A stretch of DNA of 64,000 nt from a virus (lineage: Duplodnaviria; Caudoviricetes): positions 32,001-96,000 of IMG/VR virus record IMGVR_UViG_3300031994_000025; one strand, written 5' to 3'. The notes under the pieces were generated by a model. The model was not told the DNA's origin and did no database searches. It worked only from the letters and a program-made list of their open reading frames with translations. Position 1 is the stretch's first letter, and each line of letters begins with the position of its first letter. Both the position numbers and the translations under genes were made by a program. This document shows positions 9,339 to 19,426 of this stretch, piece by piece.

Positions 9339-9387
9339 GCAAAGGTAGGGTGTAAAGGTAGGGTGCAAAGGTAGGGTGTAAAGGTAG
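9339..9387. repeat. 13-bp tandem repeat (G[CT]AAAGGTAGGGT), about 3.8 copies
   Basis: directly visible; reverse complement contains TACCTTT(G/A). Confidence 0.85.
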
Positions 9388-9459
9388 CCAGCCCATTCTT
9401 TAGATAATGTACGCGAAAGGAATATCACTTTTTCTGAAATCTTTACAAAATTTTCTGCC

Positions 9460-9498
9460 GTTTGTTTTGAAAGTAAATAGAAATTTTGTATCTTTGCA
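9460..9498 (+). promoter_or_regulatory. Bacteroidetes housekeeping-sigma promoter heading the early region
   Basis: TTTG (-33) and TATCTTTG (-7) at 9489. Confidence 0.7.
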
Positions 9499-10121
9499 AT
9501 AGTTCCAAACGAAACGAGAACGGAAACAAACAAACGGAACAAGCGAACTTTGAAATACTTACATATCCAAATAAAAAGCGAACGTATTTTTTAGTACGGC
9601 CGTGTAAAGCATACCAATGGGGTCATGTGCGAACGTGTAAGCGGAAACGAACTGCATGGGCAATAGTCATGGGGTCACGTGTGTGGGCGGCTGAAGTTCC
9701 CGATATACTGGGCAAAGGGCTGACAGATAGTAACTTTTATGTATGGATTATGTAATGGACAACGGCGGCAACGGCAAAGTATTGCTATTGTGCCCAGGTA
9801 GCCCGTAAAACGGCTAAAGCGGTAAAACGCTTGCATGGGTGCAAGGTAGTATCGAGCGGACTATAATGCAGTCGGTAGTAAACGAAAGGAATAGTACCCG
9901 CCACGACCTGACGTGATGTCAGATTAGCAGGGAAGGTCCGGGTAGGCACTATAGGCGCCAGCCTATAGGGACAAGTGTATATTGGAGTGAACTGAACTAC
10001 CGCCAGCAATGGCGGACACTATAACCCATAGAGTAAGTGAGCACTATCGGTGCAGGGGGATCGGCACCCCCCTATGGGCACAATGACGCTTTTGTCAGAA
10101 TCATCAAAATCAATTAAAGTT

Positions 10122-10802
10122 ATGACACAGAATGCAGTGGTCATGGAGCAGACCGTAAACGCTCCCGCTATCAATGTAGAGAACAATGTCGAGAACGTAT
10201 TGGCTAACATGGAGGCTAACACCCCTGCTATCAGTCTCGACCTGTCATTCACCGCTATGAACAAGGCTCTGGGTGCAGTGTTCACCGAGACTATGAAGTT
10301 CAAGCAGGCCCTCCGTGTATTCGACGGCATGGGCTCCCTCATGGTTCCTATCAGCGACAAGAAGAAGATGAAGTTCGCCGACATCCTCGGACAGGTGGAT
10401 GTGAAGTATAAGGCCGGCCGTATCGACGTCGAGAGCCTGAAGAGCGCATGGAAGGTGTTCACCGAGGACGGCTACATGGCTATCTACCGGGGCGTGCCCG
10501 GCTACGAGGCCACCGAGGGCGACGAGAAAGGCCGCAAGGTCTACACATGGGACGAGAAGAAGAGCCAGTACATGGGTGTATCGGTGCAGAAGATTGTGGC
10601 TGTCGAGAAGTGGAATGCCCGCCTTATCCTGACCGGTATCCTGCAGGCTGCCTTCACCGAGAAGTTTGAGAAGATGGCCCAGGAAAGCCTGGAGGCATGG
10701 GACAAGTTCGAGGGCGAGCTCTATGTGTTCGACAAGGTGACCAACAAGGACGGCATCAGCAACAAGGCCAAGGTTATCCGCAAGAGCCAGGTGGAGTTCT
10801 AA
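10122..10802 (+). CDS. hypothetical early protein
   Basis: strong codon bias; AT-rich leader before ATG 10122. Confidence 0.8.
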   Translation: MTQNAVVMEQTVNAPAINVENNVENVLANMEANTPAISLDLSFTAMNKALGAVFTETMKFKQALRVFDGMGSLMVPISDKKKMKFADILGQVDVKYKAGRIDVESLKSAWKVFTEDGYMAIYRGVPGYEATEGDEKGRKVYTWDEKKSQYMGVSVQKIVAVEKWNARLILTGILQAAFTEKFEKMAQESLEAWDKFEGELYVFDKVTNKDGISNKAKVIRKSQVEF

Positions 10803-10828
10803 TCTGGAGCCGGACTATCCGCAAGGTA

Positions 10829-10892
10829 ACAGGGGAGCAGATATGGGCAGCGCCCTCTATGGGCGCAGGCGGGTTCGACTCCCGCCCCTTGT
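10829..10892 (+). ncRNA. tRNA-like structure (not a canonical tRNA)
   Basis: T arm GCGGG-TTCGACT-CCCGC, stem GCGCCC-TCTAT-GGGCGC, closing ACAGGGG/CCCCTTGT; no proper D arm. Confidence 0.4.
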
Positions 10893-10922
10893 GCAAGTAT
10901 TAACATCTAAACGCAAGAAGAC

Positions 10923-11339
10923 ATGACAGAAAAAGCTATTATTGCACGAATGAGACAGATCCGCGAGAGCCGCACGTTTCATCACGTCAAGACCGTGACC
11001 AAACGCCAGGTGGTGGAGTACGAGAGCACTATGGTGGTCCGGGGTGGCCACAAACTGAAGGGAGCCTATCGCACCAGCCTTCAGGTGATGGAGGCCTATG
11101 AGCAGGAGGAGTGGGGCGGACTGGAGAGCCGCCGCCAGATGTTCGAGGCCGGCAAGGGAACGCGCTTCACTAAGCGCACCCATGTGAACACCGGAGCCCA
11201 CTATACGAAGAGCGGCGGTGTGACATCGACTAAGCGCCCGACGGCGCAGGGCGAGGTGTGCAGCGTGGGCAGGGTTATCACGGTGAAGCGGTTCAGCAAC
11301 AGCCGCCTGACATGTGTATGCAAGAGCGTGATGTATTAA
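10923..11339 (+). CDS. hypothetical basic protein
   Basis: 138-aa ORF. Confidence 0.6.
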   Translation: MTEKAIIARMRQIRESRTFHHVKTVTKRQVVEYESTMVVRGGHKLKGAYRTSLQVMEAYEQEEWGGLESRRQMFEAGKGTRFTKRTHVNTGAHYTKSGGVTSTKRPTAQGEVCSVGRVITVKRFSNSRLTCVCKSVMY

Positions 11340-11512
11340 GCGAGAGATAACTATCGGCACTACTGCGAGGAACCGACGGCAACGTCCATACGCAAGCCCA
11401 GACACTTGAAAGCCCACTTCTATAGGACTATCGGGAGGTGGTGAGCGGAGCGTGTAGGCAATCGGGACAAGGCTATCGGCAGGAAATGGTATGGCCGGGA
11501 AAATATATCGTT

Positions 11513-11692
11513 ATGGCAGAACGGGCACTACTGGTAAAGTTGCGCCCCAAGTTCCAGGAACTGCGGGACGCGAGAACGTATGACGAGGCAGGCGTGAAGC
11601 GCATCCTCATGAAGTTTGCACGCAGTATTGGGTGCAAGTGGAGCGACGCGAAGTTGCAGGCATTTATCGATCAATGCTTCAACTTCGACTAA
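11513..11692 (+). CDS. hypothetical protein
   Basis: ORF, likely ATG at 11513. Confidence 0.5.
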   Translation: MAERALLVKLRPKFQELRDARTYDEAGVKRILMKFARSIGCKWSDAKLQAFIDQCFNFD

Positions 11693-11775
11693 CGGACTAT
11701 CGGGCCTGCCCCCACGACGGAGGCGGGTCTTAATTGTGAAATCTATCAAAAAAAATATTTTCGGAGGGCAAACGT

Positions 11776-11994
11776 ATGAAGACTTTCCTGAAAATGATTG
11801 TGGCCGCTATCGTGGCCGTAGGTATGGCGTGTGTGCTGATTATGCACGGCGCGAGTGACAACCTTGTAATCGTGACGCTGTTTGCGACGGGTATCGCCGT
11901 GAGTGCGCTGCTGGGCGTGTATGACATGCCCGCTGAGCGCACGAAACACACGAGCCTGAAGGACGGGGCGCGCTCCTACGACCAGGCAGCGTGA
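11776..11994 (+). CDS. small two-TM membrane protein
   Basis: two hydrophobic helices; ends DQAA. Confidence 0.65.
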   Translation: MKTFLKMIVAAIVAVGMACVLIMHGASDNLVIVTLFATGIAVSALLGVYDMPAERTKHTSLKDGARSYDQAA

Positions 11995-12080
11995 CCCCGC
12001 CCCTATCCCCGCCCCTGAGAGGGGTGGGGAACTATCAAGACAAACAAACATTCAAAATCAATAAAAAGCTACACAAGATT

Positions 12081-12224
12081 ATGGCAAAGATTATGCTGGG
12101 CATCGCCACCCTGTTTATTGGCGAGAAGGCTATCTGCGAGGCTATCGCAGCAGGTATGAACAACGAGGGCGCAAACGTCCGCGTGGAGAGTGTGAACGAG
12201 GGAGATGTGTTTAACGTGATATAA
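12081..12224 (+). CDS. small hypothetical protein
   Basis: ATG 12081 after A-rich leader. Confidence 0.5.
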   Translation: MAKIMLGIATLFIGEKAICEAIAAGMNNEGANVRVESVNEGDVFNVI

Positions 12225-12239
12225 TCAGGAGGACAAGTT

Positions 12240-12443
12240 ATGAAAATCAAGAAGATGGCCAGCGCCGCCAAGAAGAGCGCACGTATCGTGACTATGACCG
12301 CAGCCGTGGCTGCCAGTATGAACACCACTATGACCGCCGAGCAGAAGGCCGCTATGGAGTGCGCCTTTGCGGACATGGCGGAGGAGTACGGGCCCAAGGC
12401 TATCATCGTGGACCTGCACCCGTTCCACGGGTTTATCGCATAA
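12240..12443 (+). CDS. hypothetical protein
   Basis: 67-aa ORF. Confidence 0.6.
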   Translation: MKIKKMASAAKKSARIVTMTAAVAASMNTTMTAEQKAAMECAFADMAEEYGPKAIIVDLHPFHGFIA

Positions 12444-12460
12444 AGGAGGGAGGAGTGACT

Positions 12461-12727
12461 ATGGCAAAGTTTGATTTCGGCGGATTCGTCCGCGAGTGCT
12501 ATCTGCGCTCTGAGCCGAGCGTGGATCTGAACAACGTGACCAGCGACAACCCCGTGAACTGCTCGAAGCACCGGCTGAGCACGGATGAGTATAAGCGCAT
12601 CCTCGTGGAGTACGGCGTGGCCGACGAGAACGAGAACCCTATCGACGGCAACCGAGACCGGCTTATCGGCTGCAATATGTGGATGCTCCAGAGCGGCCCG
12701 CAACTGTATGACCCTAAGGCTGCGTGA
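12461..12727 (+). CDS. hypothetical protein
   Basis: gactATG start; ends PKAA. Confidence 0.65.
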   Translation: MAKFDFGGFVRECYLRSEPSVDLNNVTSDNPVNCSKHRLSTDEYKRILVEYGVADENENPIDGNRDRLIGCNMWMLQSGPQLYDPKAA

Positions 12728-12903
12728 GTATCTATCGGCTTGCAGCCGAGAAATTATCAGACTGCCGCCTGTCGGCGGGAAATTCTAAAATAATGCGCTT
12801 CGCTTGTAAGAAAATTATAAGAAGATTTTTTCAAGCGTAGCGCATTTTCTTACCCCATTTTTTTACAATTTCCACCCGAAAGGGTGCTAAAACAAAATCA
12901 ATT

Positions 12904-13026
12904 ATGGCAAAGACTATCAACATCAACAAGACACGCAAGGCCATCGCCTATGCGTACCGCGTGAGTATCGACAATATCCCCGAGGCTATCGAGGATCAGT
13001 TTATAACCTACAGAAAAGCAGCGTGA
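12904..13026 (+). CDS. 40-aa protein
   Basis: read manually: MAKTININK...YRKAA. Confidence 0.5.
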   Translation: MAKTININKTRKAIAYAYRVSIDNIPEAIEDQFITYRKAA

Positions 13027-13029
13027 CCT

Positions 13030-13750
13030 ATGAAAACAATAACTATCAATCTGTACGAGTTCGGCGAACTGTCGGACGAGGTGCGCAAGGCTGTCGCGGA
13101 GCGTGAGTGCTGGAGCGTGATGAACATCGCTATGGAGTGCCGTGCGAGCGAGTACGAGGCTTCGCTGGATGAGTTCAAGAGTGCTACGGGCTACGGTGCG
13201 CGAGACTGGCGGGTGGGCTATTGTGAGCACGACTTCAGGCGCAAAGACCCTACAGACCCTGTGATGGGCGCGTATGACTATCCCCTTTATGGCGACGACA
13301 TCAAGGGACGGCTGCTGTGGCGGTGGTGTTACCGCTTTGTGCGCGACAACCGCAGGGGCGAGTGGCAGCACAGCAACTGGGACAAGAAGAAGCGTGTGCT
13401 CTACTGCAAACGTGGTGGAGCTGAGCGCAGGTCGCACATCATCATGGAGCCTATCACCGGCGGCTGGACGCCGTGGACGGGAGTGTACGGACTGCGCCCT
13501 GGTGGAGCCTATCGTGGACTTCTATCTGAACTACCACCGTGGCAAGTATCGTGAGGACTATACGCTGGAGGACCTGATAGACGACTGTCTGGAGAAATTC
13601 TTCAGCGAGTGGGAGAGTGAGTACAACGCCTATGGCGACAATGAGAACGGCATCGTGGAAGAGGACATCGAGGCCAATTCGGACGGCGACTGGTTCTATG
13701 CCGACGGCACGCGATTCACGGGAGATATTGACCAACTTGAAGCAGCGTGA
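13030..13750 (+). pseudogene. phage protein split by a frameshift near 13480
   Basis: 13030 frame (MKTITINLYEFGELS...) continues sensibly in the 13274-13750 frame (CTDC...WFYADG). Confidence 0.65.
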
Positions 13751-13754
13751 GACT

Positions 13755-14990
13755 ATGGCAAACGAAGCAATGATGAAGCAATACCGCGACCTGAAGAGCA
13801 AGCATCCCGACGCGATGCTGCTCTTCCGCTGCGGCGACTTCTATGAGACGTATGAGGACGATGCTAAGGAGTGCGCCAAGGTGCTGGGCATCACGCTCAC
13901 TAAGCGTCAGAGCGACGGGGTAGCTATGGCGGGATTTCCCCACCATGCACTCGACACCTATCTGCCCAAGCTGGTACGCACGGGGCATCGTGTCGCTATC
14001 TGCGACCAACTGGACCCACCGCCAGGACCTAAGCGCAAGCGCGGCGAGACTATAGACAAGGCTGCGATTAAGCGAGAGCAGAGTGATGCTTGCATCGACT
14101 CTGCCGAGCGAGAGCAGGCTCAAACGAAGTTTAACAATTCTAACAATCAAAACAATTCGGAGGACAAAGTTATGACTAACGAGACAATGAAGGTGACCGA
14201 CCTTATCGGCAAGAGTGTGTGTAACGGCAATGCCAAGTATGTAATCAAGTCTATCAACGGCGACAAGGTGACTGTCGATTTCGCTATGGGCGACAATGCC
14301 GCCAAGGAAATGAACATGAAGACCGAGCAGATTGAGAAGCTGCTGCAAGGCGGGTGGACTGTGAGCGACGGCACGCAGGAGCCTACCGCCAAGCAGGAGC
14401 AGGCCAAGGCGGAGGAGCCGAAGGCCAAGACGGTGAAGATGGAGAAACCAAAGCAGGAGAATCCCAGGGCAGAGCAGCCGCAGGCTAAGGCTACTGACCC
14501 CACCCCTGGCCCCTCCCCTACAGGGGCGGGGAGTGCTGCCGCCAAGGGCAAGCTGACCTACTCGACCTATACGAACTCGAAGGGCAAGACGTGCGCCAAG
14601 ATCAGCGGGTTCGCCGAGACGGACGCTGCCTATCAGCAAGCAGTCAGCCTGCACGGATCGGCTTCCTACGAGAACACGAAGCAGGGGCGCGTGAACTTCC
14701 TGCTGTTCGGCCCACGCTATGCTGAGGTGGCCAAGACGGTATGCCAGATGCTCAATGAGGGAAAGGGCGTGGATGACTGCCAGGCCGTGGTGGATGCCGC
14801 TACCGAGGAGCGTGCGGCAAAGCGAGAGGAGCGCAAGCAGAAGCGTGAGGGTAGGGCGCAGACAGCCAAGGCGCAGACAGCCAAGCCGCAGGGCAAGACT
14901 TATACCGAGGCGGAGGTGGCCGACCTGATGCGCCGTGTCATCGCCGGCGACAAGGAGGCTATGGCTATCGTCAATGCTATGGCGGCGTAA
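13755..14990 (+). CDS. MutS domain-I protein fused to an unknown C-terminal region
   Basis: [26 protein letters not shown]...A..LGITLT...[25 protein letters not shown]; no ATPase domain. Confidence 0.85.
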   Translation: MANEAMMKQYRDLKSKHPDAMLLFRCGDFYETYEDDAKECAKVLGITLTKRQSDGVAMAGFPHHALDTYLPKLVRTGHRVAICDQLDPPPGPKRKRGETIDKAAIKREQSDACIDSAEREQAQTKFNNSNNQNNSEDKVMTNETMKVTDLIGKSVCNGNAKYVIKSINGDKVTVDFAMGDNAAKEMNMKTEQIEKLLQGGWTVSDGTQEPTAKQEQAKAEEPKAKTVKMEKPKQENPRAEQPQAKATDPTPGPSPTGAGSAAAKGKLTYSTYTNSKGKTCAKISGFAETDAAYQQAVSLHGSASYENTKQGRVNFLLFGPRYAEVAKTVCQMLNEGKGVDDCQAVVDAATEERAAKREERKQKREGRAQTAKAQTAKPQGKTYTEAEVADLMRRVIAGDKEAMAIVNAMAA

Positions 14991-15080
14991 AGGTCTTAAC
15001 ACGAATTGCCACGAATTATCCATGAATTTTCAAAAATTATTTGTATCTTTGCACTCGTAATCATCTAAAGCGAGTGAATT

Positions 15081-15398
15081 ATGGAACAGAACAAGAGTTT
15101 TAACGAGCATCCGCATCCCTGTGTGGGAGTGATGTACCCCGCTTTCCTAAACGACGTGGATCCTGCCACGGGGCGCGACCTGCCTCCCGACGGCATGACG
15201 CTGGAGGAAATTGAAAGCATGGTGGTGACGGTCAATGAGCCCTTCGATATGTCGAAGGTTATCAACCCCGACGACTATCCACTCCCGAAGGAGGGGACGG
15301 TGGGATATGTGAAAGTAGAAAGAGAACATTATGAAGGACCAGAACTTAAACCACGATTGTTTAAAGTGGACGACTACAGGTTCGAGACTGTCGGCTGA
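15081..15398 (+). CDS. hypothetical protein
   Basis: ORF following TATCTTTG promoter at about 15045. Confidence 0.55.
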   Translation: MEQNKSFNEHPHPCVGVMYPAFLNDVDPATGRDLPPDGMTLEEIESMVVTVNEPFDMSKVINPDDYPLPKEGTVGYVKVEREHYEGPELKPRLFKVDDYRFETVG

Positions 15399-15789
15399 GA
15401 CCTTTGGCAGCTATGCCCGCTCTATCGAGATGGACTGCAACATCTGTGTGATGACGGGCGACCGTGAGTTTACAGGTGTAAAAGCGCGTGGACTCTGGGA
15501 CACGGGTACGTCTGTCACTGTCATTACTCCGGCTATTGCCGCCAAGCTGCACATGGAACCGCTGGGTGGCTACTCTATGAATGGGCTGGGCGGTGTGCAA
15601 CAGTCGTGGCTGACGGTGGGATTCCTGCGGTTCCCTAATGGGGCGGTGTGGGGTCCTATCCACATGGCCGTGCATGATCTGCCCAATACGGACGTGCTGA
15701 TAGGCATGGACGTAATCAGCTGCGGCACGTTCACCATCCGGCGCAAGCCAGACGGCGGCACTCTCTTCACGTTCGACATGAACGTGTAA
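15331..15789 (+). CDS. retropepsin-like aspartyl protease (start uncertain)
   Basis: LWDTGTS and DVLIGMD motifs. Confidence 0.8.
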   Translation: MKDQNLNHDCLKWTTTGSRLSAETFGSYARSIEMDCNICVMTGDREFTGVKARGLWDTGTSVTVITPAIAAKLHMEPLGGYSMNGLGGVQQSWLTVGFLRFPNGAVWGPIHMAVHDLPNTDVLIGMDVISCGTFTIRRKPDGGTLFTFDMNV

Positions 15790-15884
15790 TCTTATCGACT
15801 ATCTATCAGTGCGGATGGCACGGACTTCTACATGAGGTCTGTGCCGTCTGCTTTTAGTATCAACAATTAAAAACAATTCAAGTT

Positions 15885-16958
15885 ATGGCAACAAAGAGAA
15901 ACAACGGAGGCCAGCAGAAGAAGCGTGGCTTCCAGATGAACGACAAGCAGAAGGCGAAGTATGCCGAGTTATTTACTAATGCGCTCGACGCTATGGAGGA
16001 CGCACAGTGGACGAAGCCGTGGGTAGCGCCACGGCACATGGAGCCCGCGAACTATCAGCGCAGGAGCCGACCCTATCGAGGGATGAACAACTTCATCCTG
16101 ACCCTGCTGTGCGCTATCAAGGGGTGGGAGACACCGCTGTTCCTCACCTTTGAGCAACTTACCGACATGGGGCTATCGCTCAATATGATGACGGACGAGG
16201 AGGGCAATGTGGTGCTGAAGGACAACGGGATGCCGCTGTTCGAGGGCAGCTTTCCGGTGGTGAAGATGCTGCCTCACTTCTATAAGGACGGCAAGCGGCT
16301 CACACCAAAGGAGTATGACGAGCTGGACGAGGAGGAGCAGGAGAAGTGCCGCAAGTTCTTCAGCATGAGAGCCTGGCCGGAGTTCAACCTATCGCAGACG
16401 GACTTCAAGGCGAAGTTCCCCGAGAAGTGGGAGGAACTGACCAGTCTGCCTGAGCACGACTATCAGGCAGGCACCAAGGACGAGGTGCTGGAGCGGATGA
16501 TCATGCAGGGCGAGTGGCGCTGCAAGATTCTCTTCGGCGGTCATTCGTCGCACTACAGCCCCTCGGAGGACATCATCCGTCTGCCGGAGCGCAGCCACTT
16601 CCTCGGCGACCAGCTGTTCTATTCGACGGCTATTCACGAGATGGCGCACTCTACGGCGGGCGAACTGAAGCGTGACATGGGCTCTGAGGGCTTCGGCTCT
16701 GAGGGCTATGCCCGTGAGGAGTTCGTGGCTGAACTGACGGCGGCGTGCGTATGCTCGATGCTCGGCATCGGGCGACTGCTGGACGAACAGCATATTGCCT
16801 ACGTGCAGAACTGGCGGCAAGCTATCCGCGACGACAAGGACTTCATCCCGCAGGTCATCGACCATGTGCAGCGGGCCACGAACTACATCCTTCGCCGCTA
16901 CGACGAGGTGAATAAGGCTATGCACCCGCTGATGCTGCCTATGCCGATGGCGGCGTAG
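15885..16958 (+). CDS. ardC: ArdC-like antirestriction protein (ssDNA-binding domain plus zincin-like domain)
   Basis: W.KPW, Y.GMN...L, F.TF.Q, FN..QT, Y.PS.D.I.LP, HEMAH, YA.EE.VAEL, Y...W. Confidence 0.9.
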   Translation: MATKRNNGGQQKKRGFQMNDKQKAKYAELFTNALDAMEDAQWTKPWVAPRHMEPANYQRRSRPYRGMNNFILTLLCAIKGWETPLFLTFEQLTDMGLSLNMMTDEEGNVVLKDNGMPLFEGSFPVVKMLPHFYKDGKRLTPKEYDELDEEEQEKCRKFFSMRAWPEFNLSQTDFKAKFPEKWEELTSLPEHDYQAGTKDEVLERMIMQGEWRCKILFGGHSSHYSPSEDIIRLPERSHFLGDQLFYSTAIHEMAHSTAGELKRDMGSEGFGSEGYAREEFVAELTAACVCSMLGIGRLLDEQHIAYVQNWRQAIRDDKDFIPQVIDHVQRATNYILRRYDEVNKAMHPLMLPMPMAA

Positions 16959-17007
16959 AGACAGAGTAACGGGTTTTTAAGACAGAGTAACAAAATAACA
17001 AACAACT

Positions 17008-17358
17008 ATGGCAAACTATATCGACACGATGGTGCGCAGCATATCGGACAGTTTCAACCGCAGCAAACTAAAGATTATCCGCGACAACCTGGGGCTGAAC
17101 CCTAAAGACGGGAAGTATTGCATAAGCGGGGACTTGGGCTATATTTCTTTAAGGCTCTTCTACTGCGGCGCGGAGGTCAGGCAGTACGACAACGGCAAGG
17201 TGTTCGTGTACTTCGACTACGACGACAGCGTGGGGGCGTGGGGCGGCTATACCCACAAGTACGAGGTGAAAGACCTGGACGTGTTCAAGTCGCCCAGATG
17301 GAAGAGTATCATCAAGAGCGAGGGCGTAAAGGCTTCGCCGGATGTGATAATGATCTAA
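17008..17358 (+). CDS. hypothetical protein
   Basis: ORF in tightly packed operon. Confidence 0.65.
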   Translation: MANYIDTMVRSISDSFNRSKLKIIRDNLGLNPKDGKYCISGDLGYISLRLFYCGAEVRQYDNGKVFVYFDYDDSVGAWGGYTHKYEVKDLDVFKSPRWKSIIKSEGVKASPDVIMI

Positions 17359-17370
17359 AACGAAACGACT

Positions 17371-17640
17371 ATGGACAGTACACATGGAATGAAGGGCTGG
17401 ACTATAGCCCAGATGGAACGGATGCACCGCCGTATGAACCCGCCGCAGACTGGACGCTACAAGGTGGGCGACAAGGTGCTGGTGCGCAGTTCGTATTACG
17501 GATGCGTCATCAGGACTGAGATCATCGCCTGCTACGACAGCGGCAAGTACGACGTGAGGACGCCGCGCAGCAAGTGGAATATGACCGACAGAAGCTCTTT
17601 CGAGCGAATCGGTGAGGACAGAATAATCGAGAAACTATAA
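17371..17640 (+). CDS. hypothetical protein (SH3/KOW-like)
   Basis: YKVGDKVLV; aacgactATG start. Confidence 0.6.
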   Translation: MDSTHGMKGWTIAQMERMHRRMNPPQTGRYKVGDKVLVRSSYYGCVIRTEIIACYDSGKYDVRTPRSKWNMTDRSSFERIGEDRIIEKL

Positions 17641-17654
17641 ACAACGAAACGACT

Positions 17655-18275
17655 ATGGCAGAAGAGCTATTCACAAGGAAACAGATGGAGAACGCGGTGA
17701 TGCTGGCCGCCGACCTCTATCAGCAGATGTATAACAGCCCTGAGACCGACGGCGGTGCGTTGGAGGTGGCGGGGGTTATCATTGAGGAAGCGGTGCAGAT
17801 GGAGACGTGGCTCGTCGGGAAGTATGGAGAGGACGACGAGGAGTATCTGGACCGACTGGAGGAGTATGAGGCAATGGTGGTGCAGAAGTACGACCTGCGG
17901 TTGCCGCAGGTGACGGAGCCGAAGGAGGTGGAGTTCTTCTCTATTGAGGACGACGGACAGGGCGGCAAGCAGATACACGTATGGGGCTACACCTATACCG
18001 AGGGCGACGACCAGGGCGATGGGCCGTGGCGCAACGTGGAGTACACGGGATTCATCGAGCCGCTGCAGGAGTTTATCGACCACCTGAACGCCGAAGAGAA
18101 CTATGTGGACAACTACGCATCGCTACTGACTCAGTACATCGGCGACTACTACGACGACGGCATTGTGGACATCATCAACCACTACTTCAACGGCGAGACG
18201 GCCAACGACGTGCTGCGCTACTCTGATATTACTATCGACACCCCTTGCGGGGACTATATGTTTGAAACCAAATGA
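17655..18275 (+). CDS. acidic hypothetical protein
   Basis: aacgactATG start; D/E rich. Confidence 0.7.
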   Translation: MAEELFTRKQMENAVMLAADLYQQMYNSPETDGGALEVAGVIIEEAVQMETWLVGKYGEDDEEYLDRLEEYEAMVVQKYDLRLPQVTEPKEVEFFSIEDDGQGGKQIHVWGYTYTEGDDQGDGPWRNVEYTGFIEPLQEFIDHLNAEENYVDNYASLLTQYIGDYYDDGIVDIINHYFNGETANDVLRYSDITIDTPCGDYMFETK

Positions 18276-18284
18276 CGAGAGGCT

Positions 18285-18671
18285 ATGGATAAGAAAGATT
18301 TCTATGCAGACATCAAGGAGCTGCACAAGAACATCGTGGCTGAGATGGTGGCTATGATGGTGGAACACGGCGTGAAGGAGGTAGACCTGCTGGGCAGCGA
18401 CTGCGACCATGCCTATGTCGTGGGCTATCCGGGCGACGGGGCCGACGTGATGGAGATGGAGGTGAGCAAGGTGTACTACCGCGACTGTCAGCTGATGCTC
18501 GACGTCATCCTCGACATCGACACCGAGGAACTGGCCGAGCAGAACGAGAACGGCGACATCGGCGATGCCTACCAGTGCTGGGGTGCCAACGACTTCGAGC
18601 ACTTCAAGCCCTGCGCCGGTATCGAGATGGTGTATGAGAGCGTATGGCAGGTGTTGAACAAAAACAAGTAA
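18285..18671 (+). CDS. acidic hypothetical protein
   Basis: ORF; D/E rich. Confidence 0.7.
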   Translation: MDKKDFYADIKELHKNIVAEMVAMMVEHGVKEVDLLGSDCDHAYVVGYPGDGADVMEMEVSKVYYRDCQLMLDVILDIDTEELAEQNENGDIGDAYQCWGANDFEHFKPCAGIEMVYESVWQVLNKNK

Positions 18672-18676
18672 CGACT

Positions 18677-19426
18677 ATGATTATCGAGTACAAGTTTACG
18701 ACCCAAGACGGTCGGGAGATTGAGGGGATGCGGACGGAACTGGACCGCAACTACCCGGACGAGGAACAGGCTCTGGTGCTTATCGCTGACGACGAGAGCG
18801 ACACGGGCGGCTACTTCGAGCTGAACCTGCGCAAAGACGAGGCGGGGCGGCTGACAGGCGGCGGTTACATGGCTGAGTATGACAGCGAGGACGACAGCGA
18901 GCCGGCGTATATCAACACGGATATTATGCTGGACGTGACGGAACACGACTTCGACGAGACGCTGCGCAAGGCCAACGAGACGCTGCGCCCCTTCGGCAAG
19001 CGTATCGTGGCGGACTACGACGGCGAGGGCTACTGGGCTATCGCCAGCACCGACATGGACGGCAGCAACCCGGACTACTATGCGGAGGGCGACTTCGAGC
19101 ATGAGGTGCAGGGCGACATCAACGAGTGCCTGGTGCATGTGCTGGCGAGGGTGAAGAACCCGGAGCAGTGCAAGGAACCTATGGAGAAGTACAAAGTGAC
19201 TATCATCTTCGGAGAGTATGCGGCCAAGGCTTATTGCAATGGCGGCGTGGAGGAAATGGCGGAACACATGAGCGAGGGCCAGCTGACGGTGCGCGAGTTT
19301 GACACCGAGGCAGAGCGACGAGCCTACATCATGGGCATCGACGACAGCGACGGGTGGCTGGGTGCCGCCGTGCTGAGCAAGGAGGATGCAGAGAGTGAGA
19401 CAGTGAAACAACTTTTAGACGAGTAA
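18677..19426 (+). CDS. acidic hypothetical protein
   Basis: aacgactATG start; D/E rich. Confidence 0.7.
   Translation: MIIEYKFTTQDGREIEGMRTELDRNYPDEEQALVLIADDESDTGGYFELNLRKDEAGRLTGGGYMAEYDSEDDSEPAYINTDIMLDVTEHDFDETLRKANETLRPFGKRIVADYDGEGYWAIASTDMDGSNPDYYAEGDFEHEVQGDINECLVHVLARVKNPEQCKEPMEKYKVTIIFGEYAAKAYCNGGVEEMAEHMSEGQLTVREFDTEAERRAYIMGIDDSDGWLGAAVLSKEDAESETVKQLLDE

Noticed and set aside
10829-10892. Functional tRNA gene
   Set aside because: No D arm, 5-nt anticodon loop, no CCA.
13755-14990. Full mutS gene
   Set aside because: Only domain I is present; no ATPase motifs.
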